Positions 18,569-27,168 of a stretch of 59,364 nucleotides of DNA are shown piece by piece (within the stretch, counting starts at the first letter, position 1; each line of letters opens with the position of its first letter). The position numbers and the translations under genes were made by a program. The DNA lies in assembly GCA_025457965.1 (NCBI GenBank), contig JALOTJ010000002.1:1-59364 (forward strand), given 5' to 3'. The stretch comes from Spirochaetota bacterium (GTDB taxonomy: Bacteria > Spirochaetota > UBA4802 > UBA5368). A model generated the notes under the pieces. That model ran no database searches, was not told where the DNA came from, and saw nothing but the letters and a program-made list of their open reading frames with translations.

Positions 18569-21500
18569 CTATTCCCTGGCGGCCTCGGCCTCGGTGTCGC
18601 TGAGGCGGATATCCCTCGCCGACTGGTTGATGGGAAGCGGAATGCTCTCACCCTGCTCGACGTCCGACTGGTTTCTGGGGTCGGGCATTTTCCAGCGGTT
18701 TTTTTCATCTTCGATCATCACGCCAACTCGCTCGAGGCTCGACTGGATCGCGCAGTCGTTCGGGTCGAGCAGCAGCGCCTTCTCGTAATAGGCCCTGGCC
18801 TCCTGGCTTCTGCCGAGTTTCTCGTGGCAGAGTCCCGTGTAATGCAGAATCGAGGCGGTGTTTTCACTGAGGTCCATCGCCCGGCTGAAATACTCGAGCG
18901 CCTCCCGCGGGCGTCCCATCGCGAAATAGAGAACCCCCATCTGGTAGAGCACCTTGGTGTCGTCGCGCTTGAGCACCATCGCCCGCTGGAGATACTTGAA
19001 AGCATCGTCGAGGTTCTGGACCGTTATCGACAACATGCCCAGCCGGTAGTTCGCCTCGAAATTGTCCGGGTTTATCTGGATGATCGCGCGGTAGAACGTT
19101 CCGGCCTCGTCCCAGCGCCGGTTTTTCTCATAACGCACGGCCTCGGAATAATAATAATGTTCCTTGAAGGTCAATTGTGCATTGATGTAAGTGCGCAGAT
19201 CGGGCATATAATCCCCCATCCTGCGCAGCTGGGCAAGAACCGCAGTCTCGCCGTCGAATTCCCCGCGAACCTCCATAAGCGCGGCCCTTTTAAGCAGGGT
19301 AAATGCCTGGGTGCGCGCCTGGATGCCCGCAAGAACCCCCGCCCTGAAATAAGGCAGCGCGCCCTCGGCGGGAATGAGCTCCGCGATTTTCAGGTTGTTC
19401 GACAGGTAGCTGTTTTCCAGCGATTCGTTTAGGCCGTACCCGGAGCCCTTGTCAGAGCACGGCCACGCGGGCCTGTCCGTTCCGGCAAGATGGACGAGCA
19501 TATCGTCGACATCATTAAAAAGAAGATGGGCGAGCGGCTGATACTCGTTGATAAAGAGCCCGGATAGAGCGGGATTCTCCCTGAACAGGGAGACAAGCCT
19601 GTCCAGGCCCTCGGGTTTAAAGGCAAGGGTGGACTTTTCAGCGGCGCACACGACGACGAGATGGTCGGAAAAAAGGAAACCGGCGAAATGCCGGAATGTT
19701 TTCTTCATCCCGGAAAGGGCCCCGTTGAGCGTGGAGGGTGCGCTGTGAGACAGGTTGAAAACCTGGACGAATAGCCCGTCGTGCGACAGGGAACGGTGTA
19801 CTATCCGATAGTATTCTTCGGTAAACCGGAACCGGTTGCAGGCCAGGTCATATAGGTTGGGAATATCGACGACCATTCTCATTGTGCCGCGCAGGAGGCT
19901 CAGGTGGCGAAGTATTTCACCCCTCTCGGTATAGTAAAAGTCCTTGCCGGTAATCGGTGACTGGCCGAAATCGACGGAACGTTCCGGAACATAGTCGAGG
20001 CATACGGCGCCGGGAAAATAACCGATTGATGGATTTCTATAAAAACGCTGGTTGCCGTCGATAAAGAGTATTCCGGGGTTTCCGTCCGCTGGAACGGGTG
20101 CGAAAAGCATGAGCGGGACAAGCGCGCGCTGCAGATTTTTTATCGAATCGTCACGCGCCGAGAAAATATTCCTTCCGTTATAGCGGACCAGCGAACCCGC
20201 ACGCCCCGGTACCGGGACATCCTCTGGCGAGACAAGATCGACGAAACCGGCGATATGGGTAACGTAGAGTTCCCTGTTGAGCGGAATATCGAAATTGATA
20301 TGGACAAACAGCATAAGCGGGATAAAGGCCGCCGCTCCGGCCAGGTAGACCGCCCTTGCCCATGAACCCGCCTTCGACTGCATAAAATGAATGACGGGAA
20401 TCGCCGTGTTCAGGAGCGCCGCAACGTAAAAGATCACGAAAAACCACAGGTAGGTGAAATCCAGCAGGTGAAGCGCCGCCAGAATCGGGACTGGGAGTAC
20501 AAAAAGTGAAAAATCAATAATCGCGAACCGCCTGCCATGATCGTAGGTCTCGAGGATATCGCGCAGGGTGTGGTAGATGGAAAACCCGAATACGCCCGCG
20601 ACAGGCAGGAAAACCGCGATTCCGGCCGCGATTCCTATCGAGTTCCCGAGCGAGTTTATCGCCATCAGAAAAAGTATGAATGCGGGCGGATAAAGTACCT
20701 CGGTATAAAGGGGGAGATACGCCTTTTTAAAAAAGCGCGCAGCGGCGAAACCGACCAGGAGTGCCGCGGTGCAGGCAAAAACAAAAAGCATCTGCACGTG
20801 GATGAAATCCCCGAAGAATTTAATAACGGTCTGGTAACCGAGAAAGAGATATACGAGAACATAGGAAAAATTCAAATAGGCGAACGCGAGATCTTCCCTC
20901 TTCCGGGCGGCGGTTTTTTCCTCAGGTTGGTGCTCCTGGTATTCCTGGGCGTAGAGCGTCGGAGGGCTGAAGGGAAGCTTTATGAGAAAGATCGTGGGCA
21001 GAAGGATCAGAAACGGAATAAGGCCGAGGTAATAGGCCGGGGAAAGGCGGAAGGCCAGAAATCCGTGCGCCGTTCCGGCCGAAAGAGCGATAAAACTGAT
21101 AACGAAGAAAGCGATGAGACTCTTTTTCTCATCAATGAACTCACCGCATGCGATTTTAAGGAAATAAGCGCCCTTGATTCCCGCGAAAAAGGAAACCCCC
21201 AGCATCGCCGCGTAAAGCGCTCCCCGCGCATTGAAAAAAAGTTCCAGCAGCGGCTCGCCCCCGGCGGGCGCAAAGCACCTTCTTGCTACGAAGAGAGCGC
21301 AACCGATCGTGAAGGCCAGATCGGATATCAAATATATCATCCGGAAACGGCTGATTCTCGCGAAAAGCAAACGCCCCGCGAGGTTGCCCAGAAAAAGGCC
21401 CGCGAGGACGGCGGGGAAAACGAATCTGAACGTTGACTCATAGGGGGCGTAATAATTGAAGGCGAGGGACATGTCCGCGAAGATGAATGATATCAAAAAG

Positions 21501-21577
21501 ACCGTGGCGAAGAGGTTGTAATAGAGCAGTCGCCGCTGTAGGATGTCGGGATAGCTGAATTCCTTTAAAAGGCTCAT
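18569..21577 (-). CDS. Multi-TM protein with degenerate spermidine-synthase-like domain and C-terminal TPRs
   Basis: Many hydrophobic segments in the first ~430 aa; FTEEYY..V.RSL..DGLFVQ resembles the SpeE-like motif; TPRs (AIIQINPDNFEANYRLG, YEKALLLDPN). Confidence 0.7.
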   Translation of the reverse strand: MSLLKEFSYPDILQRRLLYYNLFATVFLISFIFADMSLAFNYYAPYESTFRFVFPAVLAGLFLGNLAGRLLFARISRFRMIYLISDLAFTIGCALFVARRCFAPAGGEPLLELFFNARGALYAAMLGVSFFAGIKGAYFLKIACGEFIDEKKSLIAFFVISFIALSAGTAHGFLAFRLSPAYYLGLIPFLILLPTIFLIKLPFSPPTLYAQEYQEHQPEEKTAARKREDLAFAYLNFSYVLVYLFLGYQTVIKFFGDFIHVQMLFVFACTAALLVGFAAARFFKKAYLPLYTEVLYPPAFILFLMAINSLGNSIGIAAGIAVFLPVAGVFGFSIYHTLRDILETYDHGRRFAIIDFSLFVLPVPILAALHLLDFTYLWFFVIFYVAALLNTAIPVIHFMQSKAGSWARAVYLAGAAAFIPLMLFVHINFDIPLNRELYVTHIAGFVDLVSPEDVPVPGRAGSLVRYNGRNIFSARDDSIKNLQRALVPLMLFAPVPADGNPGILFIDGNQRFYRNPSIGYFPGAVCLDYVPERSVDFGQSPITGKDFYYTERGEILRHLSLLRGTMRMVVDIPNLYDLACNRFRFTEEYYRIVHRSLSHDGLFVQVFNLSHSAPSTLNGALSGMKKTFRHFAGFLFSDHLVVVCAAEKSTLAFKPEGLDRLVSLFRENPALSGLFINEYQPLAHLLFNDVDDMLVHLAGTDRPAWPCSDKGSGYGLNESLENSYLSNNLKIAELIPAEGALPYFRAGVLAGIQARTQAFTLLKRAALMEVRGEFDGETAVLAQLRRMGDYMPDLRTYINAQLTFKEHYYYSEAVRYEKNRRWDEAGTFYRAIIQINPDNFEANYRLGMLSITVQNLDDAFKYLQRAMVLKRDDTKVLYQMGVLYFAMGRPREALEYFSRAMDLSENTASILHYTGLCHEKLGRSQEARAYYEKALLLDPNDCAIQSSLERVGVMIEDEKNRWKMPDPRNQSDVEQGESIPLPINQSARDIRLSDTEAEAARE

Positions 21578-21934
21578 TTTTGTAATATGCTCCGTGGACG
21601 TGCCGGTTGCTTCAGCTTGATTATGGCCGAAAAATTGGCCATAATTACAAGAACTTTTTACCGGCTTTGAAAGCTACGATTCGATCAGGCGCCTTCAAAG
21701 CCGGAAAAAAAAGTAAGAAATCAGGCGTATTTTTCCGTTAATAGAATAGAGTCGTTACATGACGGCAACTGGCTTTTCCCGTCGGCGGAATTTGACTGTT
21801 AAAGGAGTATTTGCCGCCTTTTGCGCGAACCGACGGGGGAATTATTTATTGAACTTTTTAGTTTGATTCCATAAGTTAGTAATGATAATGGACTGCCGCG
21901 GACCGACGGCGGAAAAGAAAGATCAGAGGCGCTC

Positions 21935-22243
21935 ATGAAGGTCGAGAACGTCCCGGAAAATAACCTTATAGTTCTGTTTCTCCTTATGGTGCTTACCGGG
22001 GGCCTGTATTATTTCTGGTGGCTCGCGAGGGTAAGCCGTATATTCAACGATAAGCCGGTATCCAACATAGTGCTCGTGTTGCTTACCCTCGGCCTGTGGA
22101 GCCTTTATATTAATTTAAAGTACATGCAGAAATCGGAGGAGCTTAACGGAAGGGACCTTAAATGGTACATGATTCTGTTTCTCCCCATTTCATTTCTGAT
22201 CGTGCAGCATAACGTCAATGAGCGATACTACCCGGGGAGATAA
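21935..22243 (+). CDS. Small membrane protein, DUF4234-like
   Basis: Duplicated L..LT.GL(Y/W) motifs, VQHNVN end; GAGG SD. Confidence 0.7.
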   Translation: MKVENVPENNLIVLFLLMVLTGGLYYFWWLARVSRIFNDKPVSNIVLVLLTLGLWSLYINLKYMQKSEELNGRDLKWYMILFLPISFLIVQHNVNERYYPGR

Positions 22244-22258
22244 GGTCAGGAGAGCGCG

Positions 22259-24268
22259 ATGATAGTACGGTGCACACATTGCGATGCTGCTTACGCGGTG
22301 GACGATGGAAAGATAACCAACAAGAAATTCGGTTTCTCGTGCCCGAAGTGCGGGACCAATGTGATAATCGACAATCGTCGTGAAAGGCAGGCGGTGACCG
22401 CCGCGACAGCGGAACGCGGCCGCCCGGATGATTTGGACATGGACCTCGGCCTTAACGTAGAGGGCGAAGGGCCGGCTTCGGACGAGCCCCTGCCCACTGA
22501 CGAGGAGCTCGCCAGGGCCCTTGAGGAGTTTGATTCTGTTCCTTCCGGCGACGGGCCGGTGATGAAGGACGACCTCAGCACCGATGATTTCGGGCTGGAC
22601 GCCATCGACAGCCTCATGGCCGAAGAGCCTAAAGGCGGAGGGTCCGCCGGGGACCACGAACAGCTCGAGGATGAGGCGCTGAAACTCGAAGACTTCGGGG
22701 AGAGCCTCGGCGCGGAAATTGAGGAAGTCCCGGGAGAATTCGACGACATCAGCTTCATTGACGATACCGACGTCAAACAAAAATCCTCGCCCGCAAAGCG
22801 AGGCGCGCCCGTTCCGGACGATGGGGTCGATTTCGACTCGATCATGCTGGAAGATGAACCTCCCCCCGTCCGGGCCGGATCCCGAAAGGGAGAAGCCGGA
22901 GGGCCCGTGCGGAACGCGATGGACTTTTCTGATGATATCATCATCGACAGCGAGATAAAATCCGACGAAGTGTTTTCCAGGGATTCCACCGACATCGACG
23001 AGAGTACAACGATAGACCTCGATTCGCTCGACATAGAGCTCGACGAGGGAGCGCAGAAGAAAGGCGCCATGCCGGACAATGCGCTGCCGGGGGATGACTT
23101 TATATTCGACGACCTGGAAGAGTCGGCTCCGTCAGGCAGACGGTCCAGTGCTCCCCGCCCGGCGGACGATGAGTTTGATACGACCATCGATCTCGAAACC
23201 CTGGACATCACCCTTGACGAAGTCGAAGAGCTCAAGAGGGGTGTTGATATCGACGACGACGAGCGCCTTACACTTGAGGATACCGGCCTCTCCATCGACG
23301 AGCTTGGCGTTGAAGAAGCCCCGGCCGCGGCCGGGGCGCGATCGATCGACGACGCCCTTGCCGGTGAGGAGGACATCAAGCTCAATCTCCGCGAGATCGA
23401 CCCGTCGCTGAGCGTCGACGACCTTGCGGGTGAGAGCGACCTTCGAATAATCGACGAGGTCCAGGAGGACAGCCTTCCGGAGATAGACCTCGAGAAGCTT
23501 CAGAAAGAGGAGTTTGCCGAAGACCTTTTCGAGCGCGATAACGGAAGAAGGCCGGCATTGAAACGCTCGAGTTCTTCCGAGGATTATCTCGACATAGAGA
23601 CCAGGCGGGAATTCTCGCGGTATCAGTCCGACCTGGAAAAGGGCGGTCCTGCCGGTGCGGACACCGTGCCCGGCGGGGTAATTAATTTTTCAATCGATTA
23701 CTCGCTTACCTATTCGCGCCTCGGGGCGGTCCTGAGGCTTTCGGGTCTTTATTTACTGGGGCTTCTGCCCCGGCTTTTCGTCAACATGCTGTATTCGGCG
23801 GTCTCGGCGATACTGGGTTTAATCAATACGCTGCTGGTGCTCTTCAGGGGCTATCCCGACGAGGACTTTCTCGAGGTCCAGGAAAACACGCTGCGGGGAG
23901 CGATTTCGCTTGCAGGGTGCGCATTCGATGTGGTTGAGGACATGCCCGGGTTTACCGGGCGCAGGAATATCGATTTCGCCCTTCAGCTTTCGGTCACCTA
24001 CCCCGTGCGCTACTCGCGTTTCCTTGCCTTTCTCCGCCTCACGGGGATCGGCATCGTGCTGGCGCTCCTGCCGCACCTGGTTCTCGTCGCCCTGCTTTCG
24101 CTCGGCGCGCTCCTCATTTATTTCGTCGGCCTCGTGGCCATCCTCGTCACCAGAAGGTGGCCAAACGTGCTATTCGACTTCATGGTGCGCTATTTCAATT
24201 ATATGACGAACGTGAGCGCCTTCATGACGGGGCTCGTGGACCGTTACCCTTCGTTCCGGTTCGAATAA
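22259..24268 (+). CDS. MJ0042-type zinc-ribbon protein with acidic repeat linker and C-terminal DUF4389-like membrane domains
   Basis: MIVRCTHC.AAY.V...FSCPKC; D/E-rich ~400-aa middle; two YSR...LR / TRRWP..LFDF...GLVDRYP.F units; AGGAG SD. Confidence 0.8.
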   Translation: MIVRCTHCDAAYAVDDGKITNKKFGFSCPKCGTNVIIDNRRERQAVTAATAERGRPDDLDMDLGLNVEGEGPASDEPLPTDEELARALEEFDSVPSGDGPVMKDDLSTDDFGLDAIDSLMAEEPKGGGSAGDHEQLEDEALKLEDFGESLGAEIEEVPGEFDDISFIDDTDVKQKSSPAKRGAPVPDDGVDFDSIMLEDEPPPVRAGSRKGEAGGPVRNAMDFSDDIIIDSEIKSDEVFSRDSTDIDESTTIDLDSLDIELDEGAQKKGAMPDNALPGDDFIFDDLEESAPSGRRSSAPRPADDEFDTTIDLETLDITLDEVEELKRGVDIDDDERLTLEDTGLSIDELGVEEAPAAAGARSIDDALAGEEDIKLNLREIDPSLSVDDLAGESDLRIIDEVQEDSLPEIDLEKLQKEEFAEDLFERDNGRRPALKRSSSSEDYLDIETRREFSRYQSDLEKGGPAGADTVPGGVINFSIDYSLTYSRLGAVLRLSGLYLLGLLPRLFVNMLYSAVSAILGLINTLLVLFRGYPDEDFLEVQENTLRGAISLAGCAFDVVEDMPGFTGRRNIDFALQLSVTYPVRYSRFLAFLRLTGIGIVLALLPHLVLVALLSLGALLIYFVGLVAILVTRRWPNVLFDFMVRYFNYMTNVSAFMTGLVDRYPSFRFE

Positions 24269-24370
24269 ACACACCGGCCTCAAATAGTTCTTGATTATTA
24301 ACCCCCGCCGGGCCAGCCTTCGGCCCGGCATGAGCTTGTGCATCCCATCAAATTCGTTCGGTGTTTCTCC

Positions 24371-26311
24371 ATGAAAGAGGTTTTCGGGCAAAACGGCATA
24401 CTTTCGTCGGTCGACGGGCGTTTCGAGCCCCGGGAGGAGCAGTCGCGCATGGCCGATTATATTCTCGAGGCCCTGTGCGACGGGATGGGATGTTTCGTCG
24501 AGGCGGGAACCGGAGTGGGGAAGACCCTCGCCTACCTCGTGCCTGCTGTCAGCTATTGTCTCGAAAACGACAAACGGCTCTGGGTGAGCACCGAGACCCG
24601 GGCGCTGCAGAAGCAGCTTCTGGAAAAGGACATCCCGGTGGCGCTGGAGGTGGTCCGGCGCCTTACCGGACGGGAGTTTACCTACGAGCTCTGCATGGGG
24701 AGCTCGAATTATCCCTGCCGCCGCCGGTTCGAAGGAGTGCTGGAGCGCGGTGAGTTCCATAAGGCCGAACTGCACTGGCTGGAGGACCTGCGAGTGCTGC
24801 TCGACAGGGGGGGGGCGGTCACCCGGTTCGACACGAGGATGCCGCAGGCGCTCTGGTCGCGCCTGGCGCGCGAGAGCGACGCGTGCGGCATGTTCGCCTG
24901 CCCGTTCTCGTCAAGCTGCGCGTTCCAGCTCGCGCGGAGGCGCTGGCAGCAGGCCGACGTACTGATACTCAACCATTATCTTTTTTTCGCGAACATCGCC
25001 TCCGGCAAGACGTACCTTCCGGCCGCGGACGTCCTCATCTTCGACGAGGCCCATTCGCTCGAGGAGGTCGCCTCGGACCAGCTCGGCTTTTCGATAAGCT
25101 TTTCCGACATGATTGATATCGCCGAGCGTTTCCATCGGCGGGGCCGCAGAAAGACCGTGCTTTCGCAGATCACCCGCGAGTCTCTCCGGAAAAAGGTCGT
25201 TGCGAAGCACGAGACCTTCTTCGCCGAGGTGCAGAAGTTTTTTGAGGCGCTTCGGTCCCAACTTCCCGGCGACAGGCTCTCGTGGCGGCTGAAGGAGCCG
25301 CTTCATACGGGGCCGGAAATGCTGTCTGCGTACCGCGAATTCTATGCGCTCCTTGGTGAAATCGACGAGCACATGGACAACGAGCATTTCCGGACCGAAT
25401 TCGAGATCGCCAGGTCCAGGCTATTCACAGCGACGCAGGCCCTTGCGGCGGCCATCGGCTGCGAAGACCCGGACTGGGTGTACTGGCTCGAGCGGGGAGA
25501 TGGAGAGCTCCTGGGCGATGTTACGGTTAAAGGGCAGCCGGTTGACGTGGCCGGTGTCATGGCGCGCGATGTGTCGGGCTCGTACGAGAGCGTGGTGTAC
25601 GTTTCGGCCACCCTGGCGGTAAGCGGCGATTTTTCGTATATCGCCGGGCGGCTGGGCTGCGGGTCGTACCGTTCGCTTCTTCTCGCATCCCCGTTCGATT
25701 ACCGGAAACAGGCGGTGCTTCTGCTCAATCGCGAGGAGGGCGGGCCCGACGGTGCATCATTCGCGGCAGATGCCGCAAGGCTGGCCGCGGAGATTATCGG
25801 TCACCTCAACGGCAATTGCCTGCTTCTGTTCACCTCGTACCGGATGCTCGAAAGCGTGCGTGAACGGCTTATAGATCTCGTGGAACACCCGGTGTTCGCG
25901 CAGGGCGAGTATCCCGCCTCCGAGGCTCTGGAGCGCTACCTTGAAAGCGGCAATGCCGTTCTGATGGGGACGCATTCCTTCTGGCAGGGCATCGACCTGC
26001 CTGGCGATCTCCTGAGAGGCGTGATAATGATGCGCCTTCCATTCGCCGTTCCTGACAGGCCGCCCGTACAGGCCAGGATGGAGCGCCTCGAGGAACGGGG
26101 CGAGAACCCGTTTTACGCCTTTCAGGTGCCTGCCGCGGTACTGCGCTTCAAACAGGGATTCGGCAGGCTCATCCGCGGGAGGGGGGACAGGGGAGTCGTC
26201 GCCGTGCTGGACCCCAGGATTCTGTCGAAAAATTACGGACGGTTCTTCATTAAATCGCTTCCGGAATGCACGGTCGTCCACACCATTGCGGATATGAAGC
26301 GGGCGCTGTAA
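24371..26311 (+). CDS. dinG: ATP-dependent DNA helicase, DinG/YoaA family
   Basis: EAGTGVGKT, Fe-S cysteines, DEAH, SATL, SFWQGID, KQGFGRLIR. Confidence 0.93.
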   Translation: MKEVFGQNGILSSVDGRFEPREEQSRMADYILEALCDGMGCFVEAGTGVGKTLAYLVPAVSYCLENDKRLWVSTETRALQKQLLEKDIPVALEVVRRLTGREFTYELCMGSSNYPCRRRFEGVLERGEFHKAELHWLEDLRVLLDRGGAVTRFDTRMPQALWSRLARESDACGMFACPFSSSCAFQLARRRWQQADVLILNHYLFFANIASGKTYLPAADVLIFDEAHSLEEVASDQLGFSISFSDMIDIAERFHRRGRRKTVLSQITRESLRKKVVAKHETFFAEVQKFFEALRSQLPGDRLSWRLKEPLHTGPEMLSAYREFYALLGEIDEHMDNEHFRTEFEIARSRLFTATQALAAAIGCEDPDWVYWLERGDGELLGDVTVKGQPVDVAGVMARDVSGSYESVVYVSATLAVSGDFSYIAGRLGCGSYRSLLLASPFDYRKQAVLLLNREEGGPDGASFAADAARLAAEIIGHLNGNCLLLFTSYRMLESVRERLIDLVEHPVFAQGEYPASEALERYLESGNAVLMGTHSFWQGIDLPGDLLRGVIMMRLPFAVPDRPPVQARMERLEERGENPFYAFQVPAAVLRFKQGFGRLIRGRGDRGVVAVLDPRILSKNYGRFFIKSLPECTVVHTIADMKRAL

Positions 26312-26325
26312 CCGCCACACCATAA

Positions 26326-26600
26326 ATCTTCGACGCGCTGCGCCAGGAGATGCGGAAGAGGAAACTCGGTATCTGCGTCACTTATGTTTGTCCCGACACG
26401 GTGAATACCGGCATGTTCGAGGGCTCGAAAATGGTGGCGGGTACGAAGATGCTGAGCTTATACGAAGTCACCGCGATGGTCGTGGTGCAGAATGTTTCGG
26501 TTAAGTTCCTGACGCCGCTTACGAAGCTGCTCCTACCGATAAAGGCGATGGACTGGCTGAACGCGACGCTGGGAATGGACGATTCGTGGAAGGGCGGGCG
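26326..26600 (+). pseudogene. C-terminal remnant of an SDR-family oxidoreductase
   Basis: DALRQEMRKRKLGICVTYVCPDTVNTGMF is the SDR segment that follows YxxxK; Rossmann N-terminus is missing; boundaries approximate. Confidence 0.7.
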
Positions 26601-26617
26601 CCCCGTCATTCTACGCC

Positions 26618-27052
26618 ATGAAGGGCGAATACCGGGCGAAAACACTTCCCCTGGGGATAATGGCTGCCGGAGCGGATTTTTTTACCCACAACTTTTTCGG
26701 TCCCGGGCGCTGAGAAGGGAAGGCGTTTTTTCCTTTCGAGAAGGGGAAGGGCTGGGGCTATAATCTTTTCAAAATAAATGGGCGGGACGGGAAGGACTCC
26801 ATTCATCGAACGAGGAAGATAAATACCTTCGTCGGTCCATCGCTTCTCGATGGAAAGCCTTCATTTCATCTGGATTAGAGCCCGTATAACGGCGGGGCCG
26901 TCCGTACCATGCGCGATGAGATTCGCATGATCAACGATAATCTGTATATCGGGATGGGGCACATGGCGCTGGGCGGCGGTTCGATAAATCCCGCCCCGTT
27001 TCTGCTGATCGGGCCGCCCGCGAAATGGATTGGGCTTGACAGGGCGGAATAA
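26618..27052 (+). pseudogene. Hypothetical protein with two nonsense codons
   Basis: One frame reads MKGEYRA...FGPGR*EGKAF...GPSLLDGKPSFHLD*SPYNGG...MRDEIR...LYIGMG...; TGA at 26711 and TAG at 26876. Confidence 0.7.
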
Positions 27053-27055
27053 TTG

Positions 27056-27088
27056 ATGAATAGCGCTCATATAAATAATACTATTCAT
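27056..27088. promoter_or_regulatory. Operator-like inverted repeat upstream of AOR
   Basis: ATGAATAG-17 nt-CTATTCAT; similar to 44654-44691. Confidence 0.5.
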
Positions 27089-27168
27089 TGAGTACACGGA
27101 TCGATGGTGAAGGGTGCTTCCTTTGGAATAGCCCTTCAGCCGGTGATGCATTGCTGGGGGAGCGCGAT

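Noticed and set aside
22291-23385. 364-aa Ser-rich antisense ORF
   Set aside because: Shadow of Asp/Glu codons on the opposite strand
26711-26878. In-frame TGA and TAG as Sec/Pyl recoding or an alternative genetic code
   Set aside because: The stops sit at Trp-like and Tyr-like positions one substitution away, in a locus with other decay; many intact genes here end in TGA or TAG
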